Origin: a candidate division FCPU426 bacterium
GTDB taxonomy: Bacteria; Oederibacteriota; Muellerivitia; Muellerivitales; Muellerivitaceae
DNA length: 64,000 nt
Assembly: GCA_963771075.1 (NCBI GenBank)
Contig: CAVYSE010000023.1
Location: 49,821-113,820, forward strand
Direction: 5' to 3'
The notes beneath the pieces were generated by a model that was not told the DNA's origin, searched no databases, and worked only from the letters and a program-made list of their open reading frames with translations. The translations under genes were made by a program, and so were the position numbers. Shown here in pieces: positions 50,544 through 59,237 of the stretch. Every line of letters starts with the position of its first letter. Positions within the stretch are counted from its first letter, which is position 1.

Positions 50544-51329
50544 ATGTATAAAATCCTGAAAGCCAGGTTCCAGCAGGGCCATCGCACAATGGCTTATCCC
50601 AAGGGCCCCCCCCCTTCCTTGCCCGAGCATTTCCGGGGCGTTCCCATGGTCGACGCGGGGAAATGCCCCGCCGGGTGCCGTGAATGTGTGGAAGCCTGCC
50701 CGGTGGATGCCATCACCCTTAAAGACGGCGCGCCCCAAATCGATTTGGGCCGGTGTATCTTTTGTACCGATTGCATGGAAGCCTGCCCGGAAGGCGCGAT
50801 CCGCTACGGGACAGATTACCGCCTGGCGGCCAGCTCCAAGGAAAACCTGGTCGTCGGCCCGGAAAGGGAATTGCGCTTGGCCCAGGCGTTGGATGAGAAA
50901 CTGCTCAAGTTGTTCGGGCGATCCCTCAAGCTCCGGCAAGTCAGCGCTGGGGGCTGTAACGCCTGCGAGGCGGATGTGAACGTGTTGGGAACGGTGGGTT
51001 GGGATTTAGGAAGATTCGGAATTCAAATGGTGGCTTCTCCCCGCCACGCGGATGGGCTCCTCATCACCGGATGCGTTACGGAAAACATGAAACTGGCCCT
51101 TGAAAAAACCTACGCGGCGGTCGCACCGCCCAAGATCGTCATCGCGGTTGGGGCCTGCGCCATCTCGGGGGGGCCCTTCCTGAAGAATCCCCAGCAGTTG
51201 GGAGGCGCTACTCCCACCGTCCCAGTGGATCTTTACATCCCGGGCTGTCCACCCCATCCCTTAACGATCTTGGATGGGTTATTAAGATTATTGGGAAGGC
51301 TGGAAGTCCGCGAAAAAATCAAGAGGTAG
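50544..51329 (+). CDS. Fused 2x[4Fe-4S] ferredoxin (HyfH/NuoI-like) and small subunit (HyfI/NuoB-like)
   Basis: CRECVEACP, CIFCTDCMEACP, GGCNACE, SPRHADG, GACAISGG, IPGCPPHP. Confidence 0.92.
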   Translation: MYKILKARFQQGHRTMAYPKGPPPSLPEHFRGVPMVDAGKCPAGCRECVEACPVDAITLKDGAPQIDLGRCIFCTDCMEACPEGAIRYGTDYRLAASSKENLVVGPERELRLAQALDEKLLKLFGRSLKLRQVSAGGCNACEADVNVLGTVGWDLGRFGIQMVASPRHADGLLITGCVTENMKLALEKTYAAVAPPKIVIAVGACAISGGPFLKNPQQLGGATPTVPVDLYIPGCPPHPLTILDGLLRLLGRLEVREKIKR

Positions 51330-51420
51330 GGTTTTTCCCCTTGAACCTGGCATTGGACCCCGCTAACTCGTTTTCATTGATCATGGGGAATTTATCCCGC
51401 GATGGGGACCCGATCCCGCC

Positions 51421-53013
51421 TTAAACCTTGAATTGGCCCATCAGGTTCTTTAATTGTTGGGTGACGCCCGCCAGCGAATGCGCGGCCGATTGGATATCCA
51501 CCGCGCCCTTGGAAACGTTGCCGACCGCCTGGGCCATGTTGGTGATATTCGACGATATTTCCTCCCCGCTCTTGGCCGCTTCCGACAGGTTGCGGCTCAT
51601 TTCCAATGTGGTCGCGGTCTGTTCCTCGACCGCGCTGGCGATGGTGTTGGCGATCTCGTGGATGCGGTTGATGACCTCGCCGATATTGCGGATCGATTGG
51701 GCGGAGAGCAGGGTGCGGGCTTGGAGGGACTCGATCTTATGGCCGATATCCTCCGCGGAGTGGGAAGTCTGGCGGGCCAATTCCTTGATCTCGCCGGCCA
51801 CGACCGAGAATCCCCTGCCTGCCTCGCCCGATCGGGCCGCCTCGATCGTGGCGTTGAGCGCGAGGAGGTTGGTCTGCTTGTTGACGCCGGTGATGACCTT
51901 GAGGACCTCGCCGATCTCTTTTCCGCTCTGGCTCAAGGCCGAAACGTTCTCGTTGCTCGATTGGGACGCCTCCACCGCCTTGTCCGCCACCTGCGCCGCC
52001 TGGTTGGCGCTGTTGGCGATCTCCCGGATGCTCAGGTTCATTCCGGATGTGGCCGAGGAAACGATCTGCAGGTTTTGACTGACCTGCCGGGAGGCGGCGG
52101 CCATCACGGTGGCCTGGGTGGAGGTTTGCTGCGAGGCGGAACTCACCACCATGGCCACGTCGTTCAATTGGTTCGAGGCGCGGTCCAGGCTGTTCACGGT
52201 TTGCTCCAGGCTTTGAACCATCGCCTGAAGTTTGCCGACGAAGGTGTTGAAAGCCTCGGCAAGCTGGCCGATCTCATCCTGCCCCGAAACGGGCAAGCGG
52301 CGGGTCAAATCTCCCTCTCCCCGGGCTATTTCTTTCAAACCTTGGCCCACCCTCAAAAGCGGACCGGCGATCTGGTCTTGGATCATGCGGGCGACGAACC
52401 AAACGGCGAGGCCCATTAAAAGGGCGGCCAAAAGGCCCAAGCCGATCGAATCCCTCAGGAACTCCGTCCGGTTGTGGTTGATCTGATCGTTCGCCTGGCC
52501 CAGCTCGTAATCCAGGAAATTTTGGACGGAATAACTGACCGGATCCACGTTCAGGTAAACCCGCGAGTCCAGCCGGCGAAGCTTTTCCATGTCGTGGGCC
52601 TGGAGGATCATCTCGAGATCTTTCATCAATTGGGCGGCGGCATCGGCCTTGTCCGAAATGTCCTGGACCAGTTGGTTTTCATCCGGGGAGAAGGAAAGGG
52701 TCTGAAGTTGGGAACGGCTGGATTGAACGTTTTCCTCGATTTCCCTGAGCCTGCCTTCGCCTACTTCCCACGGGAAAACACCCGAGGATAGTTTTTGGAC
52801 CAGGGTGATCAGGTCCTTGGAATAGGAGTCGGAAAGTTTCACGGCCAGGATGGTTTTTTGATTGTTCAGATCGTAGATGGTCCGAAGTTTCTGGTTATTG
52901 GCGTTTCCAACCCAAAAACCAAACAATAAAAACAGGCCCATCAAGATGACCAGGGTGGCAATGATCCAGACCAGTCGGGTCCGGATGGTCATGGGGCGGG
53001 TGGAATGGGGCAT
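51421..53013 (-). CDS. Methyl-accepting chemotaxis protein (4HB sensor, HAMP, signalling domain)
   Basis: Two TMs, GDLTRRL..DEIGQLAEAFN HAMP, QTNLLALNATIEAARSGEAGRGFSVVAGEIKELA. Confidence 0.95.
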   Translation of the reverse strand: MPHSTRPMTIRTRLVWIIATLVILMGLFLLFGFWVGNANNQKLRTIYDLNNQKTILAVKLSDSYSKDLITLVQKLSSGVFPWEVGEGRLREIEENVQSSRSQLQTLSFSPDENQLVQDISDKADAAAQLMKDLEMILQAHDMEKLRRLDSRVYLNVDPVSYSVQNFLDYELGQANDQINHNRTEFLRDSIGLGLLAALLMGLAVWFVARMIQDQIAGPLLRVGQGLKEIARGEGDLTRRLPVSGQDEIGQLAEAFNTFVGKLQAMVQSLEQTVNSLDRASNQLNDVAMVVSSASQQTSTQATVMAAASRQVSQNLQIVSSATSGMNLSIREIANSANQAAQVADKAVEASQSSNENVSALSQSGKEIGEVLKVITGVNKQTNLLALNATIEAARSGEAGRGFSVVAGEIKELARQTSHSAEDIGHKIESLQARTLLSAQSIRNIGEVINRIHEIANTIASAVEEQTATTLEMSRNLSEAAKSGEEISSNITNMAQAVGNVSKGAVDIQSAAHSLAGVTQQLKNLMGQFKV

Positions 53014-53558
53014 TATTCGAGGGACAGGGTCGCGACGAGCACGCCGATGGCCTTACCCCCATCCTGGACGGGTACGGCGACCTGGATGGAATAGATTTTG
53101 GTGGATACATCCAGCATGGCCGGACCGATCCAAACCTTTCCATCGCCCCCGTTGTAGCATTTCAGGAATTTATCCTCGGTCCCATGGATGAAATCCCTCG
53201 ATTTGGGGGCCGTGGCCACGATGTTCCCCTGCCGGTCCAAAAGGAAGCATTTGATCAGGATGGGTTTCTGGGCCATGGTTTTCCTCATTGCCGCCGCGGA
53301 AGGTTTGTTGAGGTAAGGCTTCACCGATTCGGAAATCCCGATTTTTTGCCATTCGGTCTGGAGCTTTTGAGCCTGGGAAGTGGAGAGGTTCAGGTCATTC
53401 TGGCTTTTCACGTCGGCGAGGAGGATGGGATCAGTCGCAAGTTGTTTGATCCAGGTTAGGTTCGCTTTCGCCACTTTTAGGGCTTTTTCGTTCGTCCCGG
53501 CAAACGAGGAGGAAATAAATCCGATAAGCATAAAAGCTAACAACAAAGATTTTTTCAT
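53013..53558 (-). CDS. Exported stand-alone PDC/Cache-like sensor protein
   Basis: Signal peptide, FLLDRQGNIVA, DFIHGTEDKF, QVAVPVQDGGKAIGVL; TAATG overlap with the MCP start. Confidence 0.7.
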   Translation of the reverse strand: MKKSLLLAFMLIGFISSSFAGTNEKALKVAKANLTWIKQLATDPILLADVKSQNDLNLSTSQAQKLQTEWQKIGISESVKPYLNKPSAAAMRKTMAQKPILIKCFLLDRQGNIVATAPKSRDFIHGTEDKFLKCYNGGDGKVWIGPAMLDVSTKIYSIQVAVPVQDGGKAIGVLVATLSLE

Positions 53559-53862
53559 GATCCCCCTCAGTGGGTTTTATTCGTTAAACCCGATGGAACC
53601 ATTATATTGATTTTGATCCCGGGTGGTTCGCCAAATGTGGCAAGAATCCATCTGAAAAAATCAAAAAACGGTGTTGGAATGTTCGGCCCTGGCTCCTGGT
53701 GAATGGGTTGGTCATTTCACCGCGGTTCGGGGTGCGAACGAAATAGGACCGGTTTAAGGAAGTGGGTTTTGTCCCGAACTTTTGAACGGGAATCCATTTT
53801 CAAATGGGGTTGGCCTCGTTACAATCCTTGCTCATCCTTTGAACCGGCAGGTTTGTGACCGC

Positions 53863-54921
53863 ATGAAATATCGTCCCCCCTTTCGCCCCGTAGGGTTCAA
53901 CTTGGGCGGTTGGATATCCCAATCCACCCTGACCGATGGGCATGTGAAGGACTTTATCCGCGAAGAGGATTTTAAGACCATCGCCGGATGGGGTTTTAAT
54001 TCAGTGCGCCTTCCCCTGGACGCCCCCTGGCTTTTTCAAAAGGGGGGGAAAGGGCCGGCCTCGCGGGAAAAATTGAACCTGCTTCGCGTTTTTTTGGGAT
54101 GGGCCCAAAGAGCAGGGCTATTGGTCATCCTGGACCTTCACCAGGTCCCCTGGCATTCTTTCGCGAAACCGGAGCTTGAGAATTTGTGGAAGAACGCGGA
54201 CGACCTTCGTTCCTTTTGCTCGCTTTGGGAAGAACTGGCCAGTGAACTGAGGGATTTTGGGGACGGGCTTTGGTTTGAGTTGTTGAACGAGCCGACGGCC
54301 CGGGATCCCCGAGATTGGAATAGGGTGGCCGAACAATCGATGGAAGCCATTCGAAAATCCGATCCCCGCCGGGTGGTGGTGATTGAGTCCACCTTTTGGG
54401 GTTCCATAGACCGGATGCCTGATTTGGTCCAGGGCTTAAAGGATGACCGTCTGGTTTACAGCTTCCATTTTTATTCGCCCATGTTCGTCACCCATCAATT
54501 AACCCCCTGGTGGAAGGATGGGTTTCCTTATAGGGAAAAGGTGGATTATCCCGGCTCGCTTCCCAAGGTAAACGAATATCTAAAGGGCGATCTTCCATCC
54601 ACGACCCGGGCCATTCTTGAAAAGGAAGGGAACCGCCATTGGAACAAGGAATTATTGATGGAACTGTTCCAGCCCCTTCTTCCGCTTTTAAAAGAGGGAG
54701 CCCCCCTCTATTGCGGGGAATTCGGGGTTTATGAAAAGGTTTCCCGTGCCACCCGGCTGGAATGGACCCGGGACGTGGTTGGAATTTTCAAAGAATTGGG
54801 CATAGGCTGGTCTTATTGGAATTATAAATGGCTAGATTTCGGTATTTGGCCCAAGATGTCGGGTGAACAGACCGGCCCATTGGATAGTCAAATGCTGGAA
54901 GTCCTCCAGAAGGGAATTTGA
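53863..54921 (+). CDS. Glycoside hydrolase family 5 (CelC-like), no signal peptide
   Basis: GFNLGGWISQ, GFNSVRLP, ILDLH, ELLNEP acid/base, FHFYSP, YCGEFG nucleophile, WSYWNY. Confidence 0.93.
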   Translation: MKYRPPFRPVGFNLGGWISQSTLTDGHVKDFIREEDFKTIAGWGFNSVRLPLDAPWLFQKGGKGPASREKLNLLRVFLGWAQRAGLLVILDLHQVPWHSFAKPELENLWKNADDLRSFCSLWEELASELRDFGDGLWFELLNEPTARDPRDWNRVAEQSMEAIRKSDPRRVVVIESTFWGSIDRMPDLVQGLKDDRLVYSFHFYSPMFVTHQLTPWWKDGFPYREKVDYPGSLPKVNEYLKGDLPSTTRAILEKEGNRHWNKELLMELFQPLLPLLKEGAPLYCGEFGVYEKVSRATRLEWTRDVVGIFKELGIGWSYWNYKWLDFGIWPKMSGEQTGPLDSQMLEVLQKGI

Positions 54922-57258
54922 ATGAAAAAGATATTCTATTGTCTCTTGGCCATTCCAACCCTGATCGGTTGCGCCGCCCGTGAGGTGGTTAAAACCAATC
55001 CTCCGGCGGCCGTCAGCCAGGTAATCCCAACCGCGACGCCCACACCCGCGCCCACCTCTTCCATCGTCCCTTCCGCCCCGGCCCAAATGGATATCCATCC
55101 CGCGGTTTCCCTGGCCGATTACCAGGGCGCCCAAATGCGCATCGGCGCCTCCGAACCGTCTCCCCAGAACACGGACGATTACATGACCCTTGCCCAGTAT
55201 CAGTTCAACCAAAATGACCTGGATTCCAGCCAGAAGACCTACAAAAGGGTGTTGACAGTCCAAGCCGAAACCCGGTTCCGGGACAAGGCCCAATATATGT
55301 TGGGTCAGGTCTATTACGCCCAAAAGGCCTATCTGCCTTCCCTCTCCGCCTTCCAGGCCGTGCTCAAAAACCCCGCTTCCCCCTATGCGAATGGTTCCAA
55401 GCAAATGATGGAATTCATCCTGTCCTACTGCCTGACCCAGGAAGATCTTCTCAGTTTCGTGACGAATTACCCCGATTCGTCCGAAAAATGCACCGCGCTG
55501 TTCCAACTGGGCAGCAAGGAATACCAGGCCGGCGCCAATGGCGAGGCCATGGACCACCTGGGCCAGTTCGCCCAACTTTGCCCCCAGCACCCCTATTTTT
55601 CATCCGCCCAGCTTTTGGTCCAATCCATGAAAAGCCAGCAGCAGGGCAAGACCTGGAATATCGGGGTCCTCGCGCCCCGCACCGGGGACCGGAAAGAGTT
55701 CGGGGACTCGGTGGTAAACGGAATCAACCTGGCGGTGCAGGACGCCAACCTGACCGGAGGCGCCCAGCGTCATACCCACGTGGTCGTCCAGGACACCGCG
55801 GGAGACCCGATCCAGGCGGTCAAGGTGTTCCAGGAGATGTCCAAGGACAACAGCCTGGACGCGGTCATCGGTCCCGTCCTTCCCTCGGAAATTCAGGGCG
55901 TGGCCGCCCTGGCGAACCAGCAGAAGACCGTTTTGATCTCGCCCACCAACAGCCGGGATGGATTGTCCACCCTGGGCAGCTACATCTTTTCCAACGGCAT
56001 GACCAATGAGATGCAGGGAAGGGCGATGGCCCATTTCGCAGTCGAAAAACTGGGGCTCAAGACCTTCGGTATCCTGGGTCCCGAGGACAATTACGGGCAG
56101 ATCCTGACCCAGGCCTTCACCCAGACCGTCGAGGCGTTGGGCGGGACGATCGCCGCCTCCGCCACCTACCCCTCCGGCGCCACCGATTTCAAGAAGCAGA
56201 TCCTGGCCATGGGCGGCCTGGATCCGGATGCCTCCAAGGAAAACGACCGCGAAAACAACCGGCGGTTGGACGAGCTGAATTACAACCTGAAAAAGGAAGT
56301 GGGGAAGATCCTTTTGAAAGTTCGGGACCTCTCCCCCGCGGTCCAGCCCGCGTCGGGGCCCTCGACCCTGCCCACTCCCATCGCCCTGGTCCCCCTGGTG
56401 GAAGGCCTGACCAATACGGCCTGCCCTTCCATCGCCTTGACCGTCACCAATAGCCTGAAGGATTCCTTCACCCAGCAGCCGGATTTCGAGCTGCGCACCA
56501 ATGACCTGGTTGATCAGGCCCTGACCAGCCTGCCGCCCGAATTCAAGGGCAATACCAAGGCGGCGGACGCGACGGTTTGGGGCCCCATCGCCGCGGACCT
56601 GCAGGCGAAGGTATTAATCACGGGCCGGGTGGTGGAGACCGACCCTCCCGCGGACACGGACCCGACGGATAATACCTGGAACTATTCCATCAGCCTGGAG
56701 GCCTATTTCCTGCCGGATGGGAAGGACCAGTACATCAAAATTTACCAGAGCCGTTTGTTGTACGGCATCTATAAGCCGAACGCAGGGGTAGGCGGGCCGA
56801 AATACCAGGCCCTCTACCTGCCGGCCCACGCGGCGGAAGTCCCCCTCCTGACGGCCCAGATCCACTTTTACGACCTCAATCCCGTCCTGCTGGGGGGCCA
56901 CCTTTGGGGAAACGCCTCCGTGTTGCAGGACGCGCCCAAGGACGTGGAAGGGGCCTATTTCGTGACGGGCTATTACTCCGACAGCCAGGAGGCCATGGCC
57001 CGCAAGTTTACCGACGACTATATGAAGGCTTATGCCAAGAAGCCGGATCTCTTGGCGGCCCAGGCCTATGACGCGGCTCGGTTGCTGCTCCAGGCGATGA
57101 ACGGCGCCACCGACCGGGATGGGTTGAGGAACCAATTGAGCCAGACCAACGATTTCGTGGGCGCCAGCGGTTTGACCAGTTTCAGGGGCAAGGGCGAGGC
57201 GGAAAAACAGGTGCCCATCCTCCTGATTAAGGGCGGAAAGTACCAGCAGGTGCAGTGA
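54922..57258 (+). CDS. LpoA-like lipoprotein (TPR N-domain plus type-1 periplasmic-binding fold) with an inserted domain
   Basis: Lipobox LIGC, TPR helices, IGVLAPRTG...G.SVVNGI.LA, AVIGPV, YG..L..AF, AAQAYDAA, GASGLTSF. Confidence 0.75.
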   Translation: MKKIFYCLLAIPTLIGCAAREVVKTNPPAAVSQVIPTATPTPAPTSSIVPSAPAQMDIHPAVSLADYQGAQMRIGASEPSPQNTDDYMTLAQYQFNQNDLDSSQKTYKRVLTVQAETRFRDKAQYMLGQVYYAQKAYLPSLSAFQAVLKNPASPYANGSKQMMEFILSYCLTQEDLLSFVTNYPDSSEKCTALFQLGSKEYQAGANGEAMDHLGQFAQLCPQHPYFSSAQLLVQSMKSQQQGKTWNIGVLAPRTGDRKEFGDSVVNGINLAVQDANLTGGAQRHTHVVVQDTAGDPIQAVKVFQEMSKDNSLDAVIGPVLPSEIQGVAALANQQKTVLISPTNSRDGLSTLGSYIFSNGMTNEMQGRAMAHFAVEKLGLKTFGILGPEDNYGQILTQAFTQTVEALGGTIAASATYPSGATDFKKQILAMGGLDPDASKENDRENNRRLDELNYNLKKEVGKILLKVRDLSPAVQPASGPSTLPTPIALVPLVEGLTNTACPSIALTVTNSLKDSFTQQPDFELRTNDLVDQALTSLPPEFKGNTKAADATVWGPIAADLQAKVLITGRVVETDPPADTDPTDNTWNYSISLEAYFLPDGKDQYIKIYQSRLLYGIYKPNAGVGGPKYQALYLPAHAAEVPLLTAQIHFYDLNPVLLGGHLWGNASVLQDAPKDVEGAYFVTGYYSDSQEAMARKFTDDYMKAYAKKPDLLAAQAYDAARLLLQAMNGATDRDGLRNQLSQTNDFVGASGLTSFRGKGEAEKQVPILLIKGGKYQQVQ

Positions 57259-57295
57259 TTTAACGGTCGAAAAGAATCACGATTACACCCACTGC

Positions 57296-57401
57296 CAACG
57301 CAAAGCCGCCAAGACGCAAAGGAAGGCAAAAAAGCCGAAGATTTGATTTTGATTTTCCCGAAAATGTCTTTTCGTTGTTCTTGGCGAACTTGGCGGTTAA
57401 A
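57296..57401. repeat. CGCCAAG/CGCAAAG-unit inverted element
   Basis: CAACGCAAAGCCGCCAAGACGCAAAG ... GTTCTTGGCGAACTTGGCGGTTAAA. Confidence 0.85.
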
Positions 57402-57442
57402 TAGGGTTGCCGGGATTTAATAATTCTTACGAAGGTTTTCTA

Positions 57443-58873
57443 ATGAGTGATAACACCAAATTCGGCCCGCCTAAGGGCATGAGGGACTGGCTTCCTTCGG
57501 AAGTTGAGCTTCGCCAGAAGCTCATCCGCCTCATCGAACACCACTACCAGGTTTACGGTTTCCGGCCCATCGATACACCCGTCATGGAAAACATCGAGGT
57601 CTTGCAGGGCAAGGGCGGAGGCGAGAACGAGAAGTTGATGTTTCAAGTGATGAAGCGAGGGGAGGATTATAAAGATGTTTTGAGTAAAGTTATTGAAAGA
57701 GCTCGTGAAAATCGGAACTTAACCCCGGAAACTTTATTTTCTGCAGAAGGCCCTGAAGGTTTTACTGTTGAAATCAAGAATACGGGACTTAAGTGGTTTG
57801 TGCCATTTGCCGACATGGGCCTTCGATTTGATATGACCGTTCCCCTGGCCCGGTATTACGCCAACCACGCCAACGACCTCCCCAAGCCCTTCCGTTGCTA
57901 CCACATCGGCCCCGTCTGGCGGGCGGACCGTCCCCAACGCGGGCGCTTCCGGGAGTTCTACCAATGCGATATCGATATCGTGGGCGGGGCCTCCGATTCC
58001 TACGAAGTGGAACTGCTTCTGGCCACCGACCGGGTGCTCAAAGAACTGAACGTCGGTAAATTCAAGATTCGCGTCAGCGATAAAGGTCTGCTCACTCTCA
58101 TCCTCCGAAGAATCGGCACACCCGTTGAGAAGATTGCCCAGGTAGCGGTTTGCATCGACAAGATGGATAAACTGGATTTTGAAGGCGTTAAAAAAGAAAT
58201 AAGCGAATTAGGCCTGAGCGCAGACAACGCCGAAAAGATATTTCTTTTCCTCAACAGCGCCAAAAGCGGCTTCATGGATTTGAAAGATTTTAAAGAAAAC
58301 AAGATCACCGAGTTGGGGCAAAAGATCGAATCCATCCGCGACCGGGTCAAGGCGGTCAACCCCGAAGCCAACGTGGTATTTGACCCGCTCCTGGTTCGGG
58401 GTTTCGATTACTACACAGGCCCGGTTTTCGAAATCAACGTCGAAGACAAAGACTTTGCTTTTTCCATCGGCGGCGGAGGCCGTTACGACGGTTTGATTGA
58501 GAAGCTGGGTGGGCCCAAGGACACCCCGGCGGTCGGACTTTCCTTAGGCTTCGAGCGCATCCTGACCATCTTGATGGAGAAAAATAAGGGAGGGGCGACC
58601 AGCGCCCGATCCGTGGTATTCATCGTGAACAACGGCCAGCCGGAAAAGGAAATTTTGGCCTTAGCCGAGAAGCTTCGGTCGGCGGGAATTCCGGTCGAAA
58701 CCTCACTCGATAACCGCAAGCTGGGCCAGCAATTGGAAGGCGCCCAGAAGAACGGCATTGAATACGCCATCAAGGCCTTTGAACCCGGCGCGGATAAGTT
58801 CAAGGTCCGCCAGCTTTCCACCCGGCAAGACAAAGAAATGACCCTTCCCGAGTTGAAAGCCGCGTTGAAATAA
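57443..58873 (+). CDS. hisS: Histidine--tRNA ligase
   Basis: PKGMRDWLP, IDTPVME, LRFDMTVPLARY, VWRADRPQRGRFREFYQCD, LVRGFDYYTG, GGGGRYDGL, GLSLGFER. Confidence 0.97.
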   Translation: MSDNTKFGPPKGMRDWLPSEVELRQKLIRLIEHHYQVYGFRPIDTPVMENIEVLQGKGGGENEKLMFQVMKRGEDYKDVLSKVIERARENRNLTPETLFSAEGPEGFTVEIKNTGLKWFVPFADMGLRFDMTVPLARYYANHANDLPKPFRCYHIGPVWRADRPQRGRFREFYQCDIDIVGGASDSYEVELLLATDRVLKELNVGKFKIRVSDKGLLTLILRRIGTPVEKIAQVAVCIDKMDKLDFEGVKKEISELGLSADNAEKIFLFLNSAKSGFMDLKDFKENKITELGQKIESIRDRVKAVNPEANVVFDPLLVRGFDYYTGPVFEINVEDKDFAFSIGGGGRYDGLIEKLGGPKDTPAVGLSLGFERILTILMEKNKGGATSARSVVFIVNNGQPEKEILALAEKLRSAGIPVETSLDNRKLGQQLEGAQKNGIEYAIKAFEPGADKFKVRQLSTRQDKEMTLPELKAALK

Positions 58874-58904
58874 GTCCACGCACATTAAAGTGTAGTTCAG
58901 CCGT

Positions 58905-58940
58905 AAACAAAACCGCCGGAAAACCCGGCGGCTTTTGTTT
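58905..58940. terminator. Intrinsic terminator after hisS, probably bidirectional
   Basis: AAACAAAA CCGCCGG AAAAC CCGGCGG CTTTTGTTT. Confidence 0.85.
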
Positions 58941-59140
58941 ATTAACCCCCTGAAACGATAAACCGCACAATTTTTGGCAGAAGTTTTAGAATTATTTAAT
59001 CCCGCCTGTTTTTTTCTGGAAATTAAAAATAATTGAAACTAGGATTTCGATTTAGGGGCACCCATTCTTTATTTGAGAATCGGGACACCCCAAACGTTCC
59101 CGTCGGCTTGAAGCCTCGGGCTAGGGGAGAACAAACACCA

Positions 59141-59220
59141 GTCGGCAGTTCGCGGTCGGCAGTCGACAGTTAAGCTTTAAAGGCTTTCCTGCGAACTACC
59201 AGCTGTCGACTGCGGACTGC
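59141..59220. repeat. Empty inverted pair of heptamer arrays
   Basis: GTCGGCA GTTCGCG GTCGGCA GTCGACA, ~21-bp spacer, then TGCGAAC TACCAGC TGTCGAC TGCGGAC. Confidence 0.85.
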
Positions 59221-59237
59221 TTTTGGAGGTATTCCCT

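Noticed and set aside
51428..52419. Plus-strand ORFs over the MCP
   Set aside because: Antisense shadows of a clear chemoreceptor gene.
57661..57810. Intein or self-splicing intron in hisS
   Set aside because: Too short and lacks intein terminal residues or intron features; kept only as an in-frame insertion.
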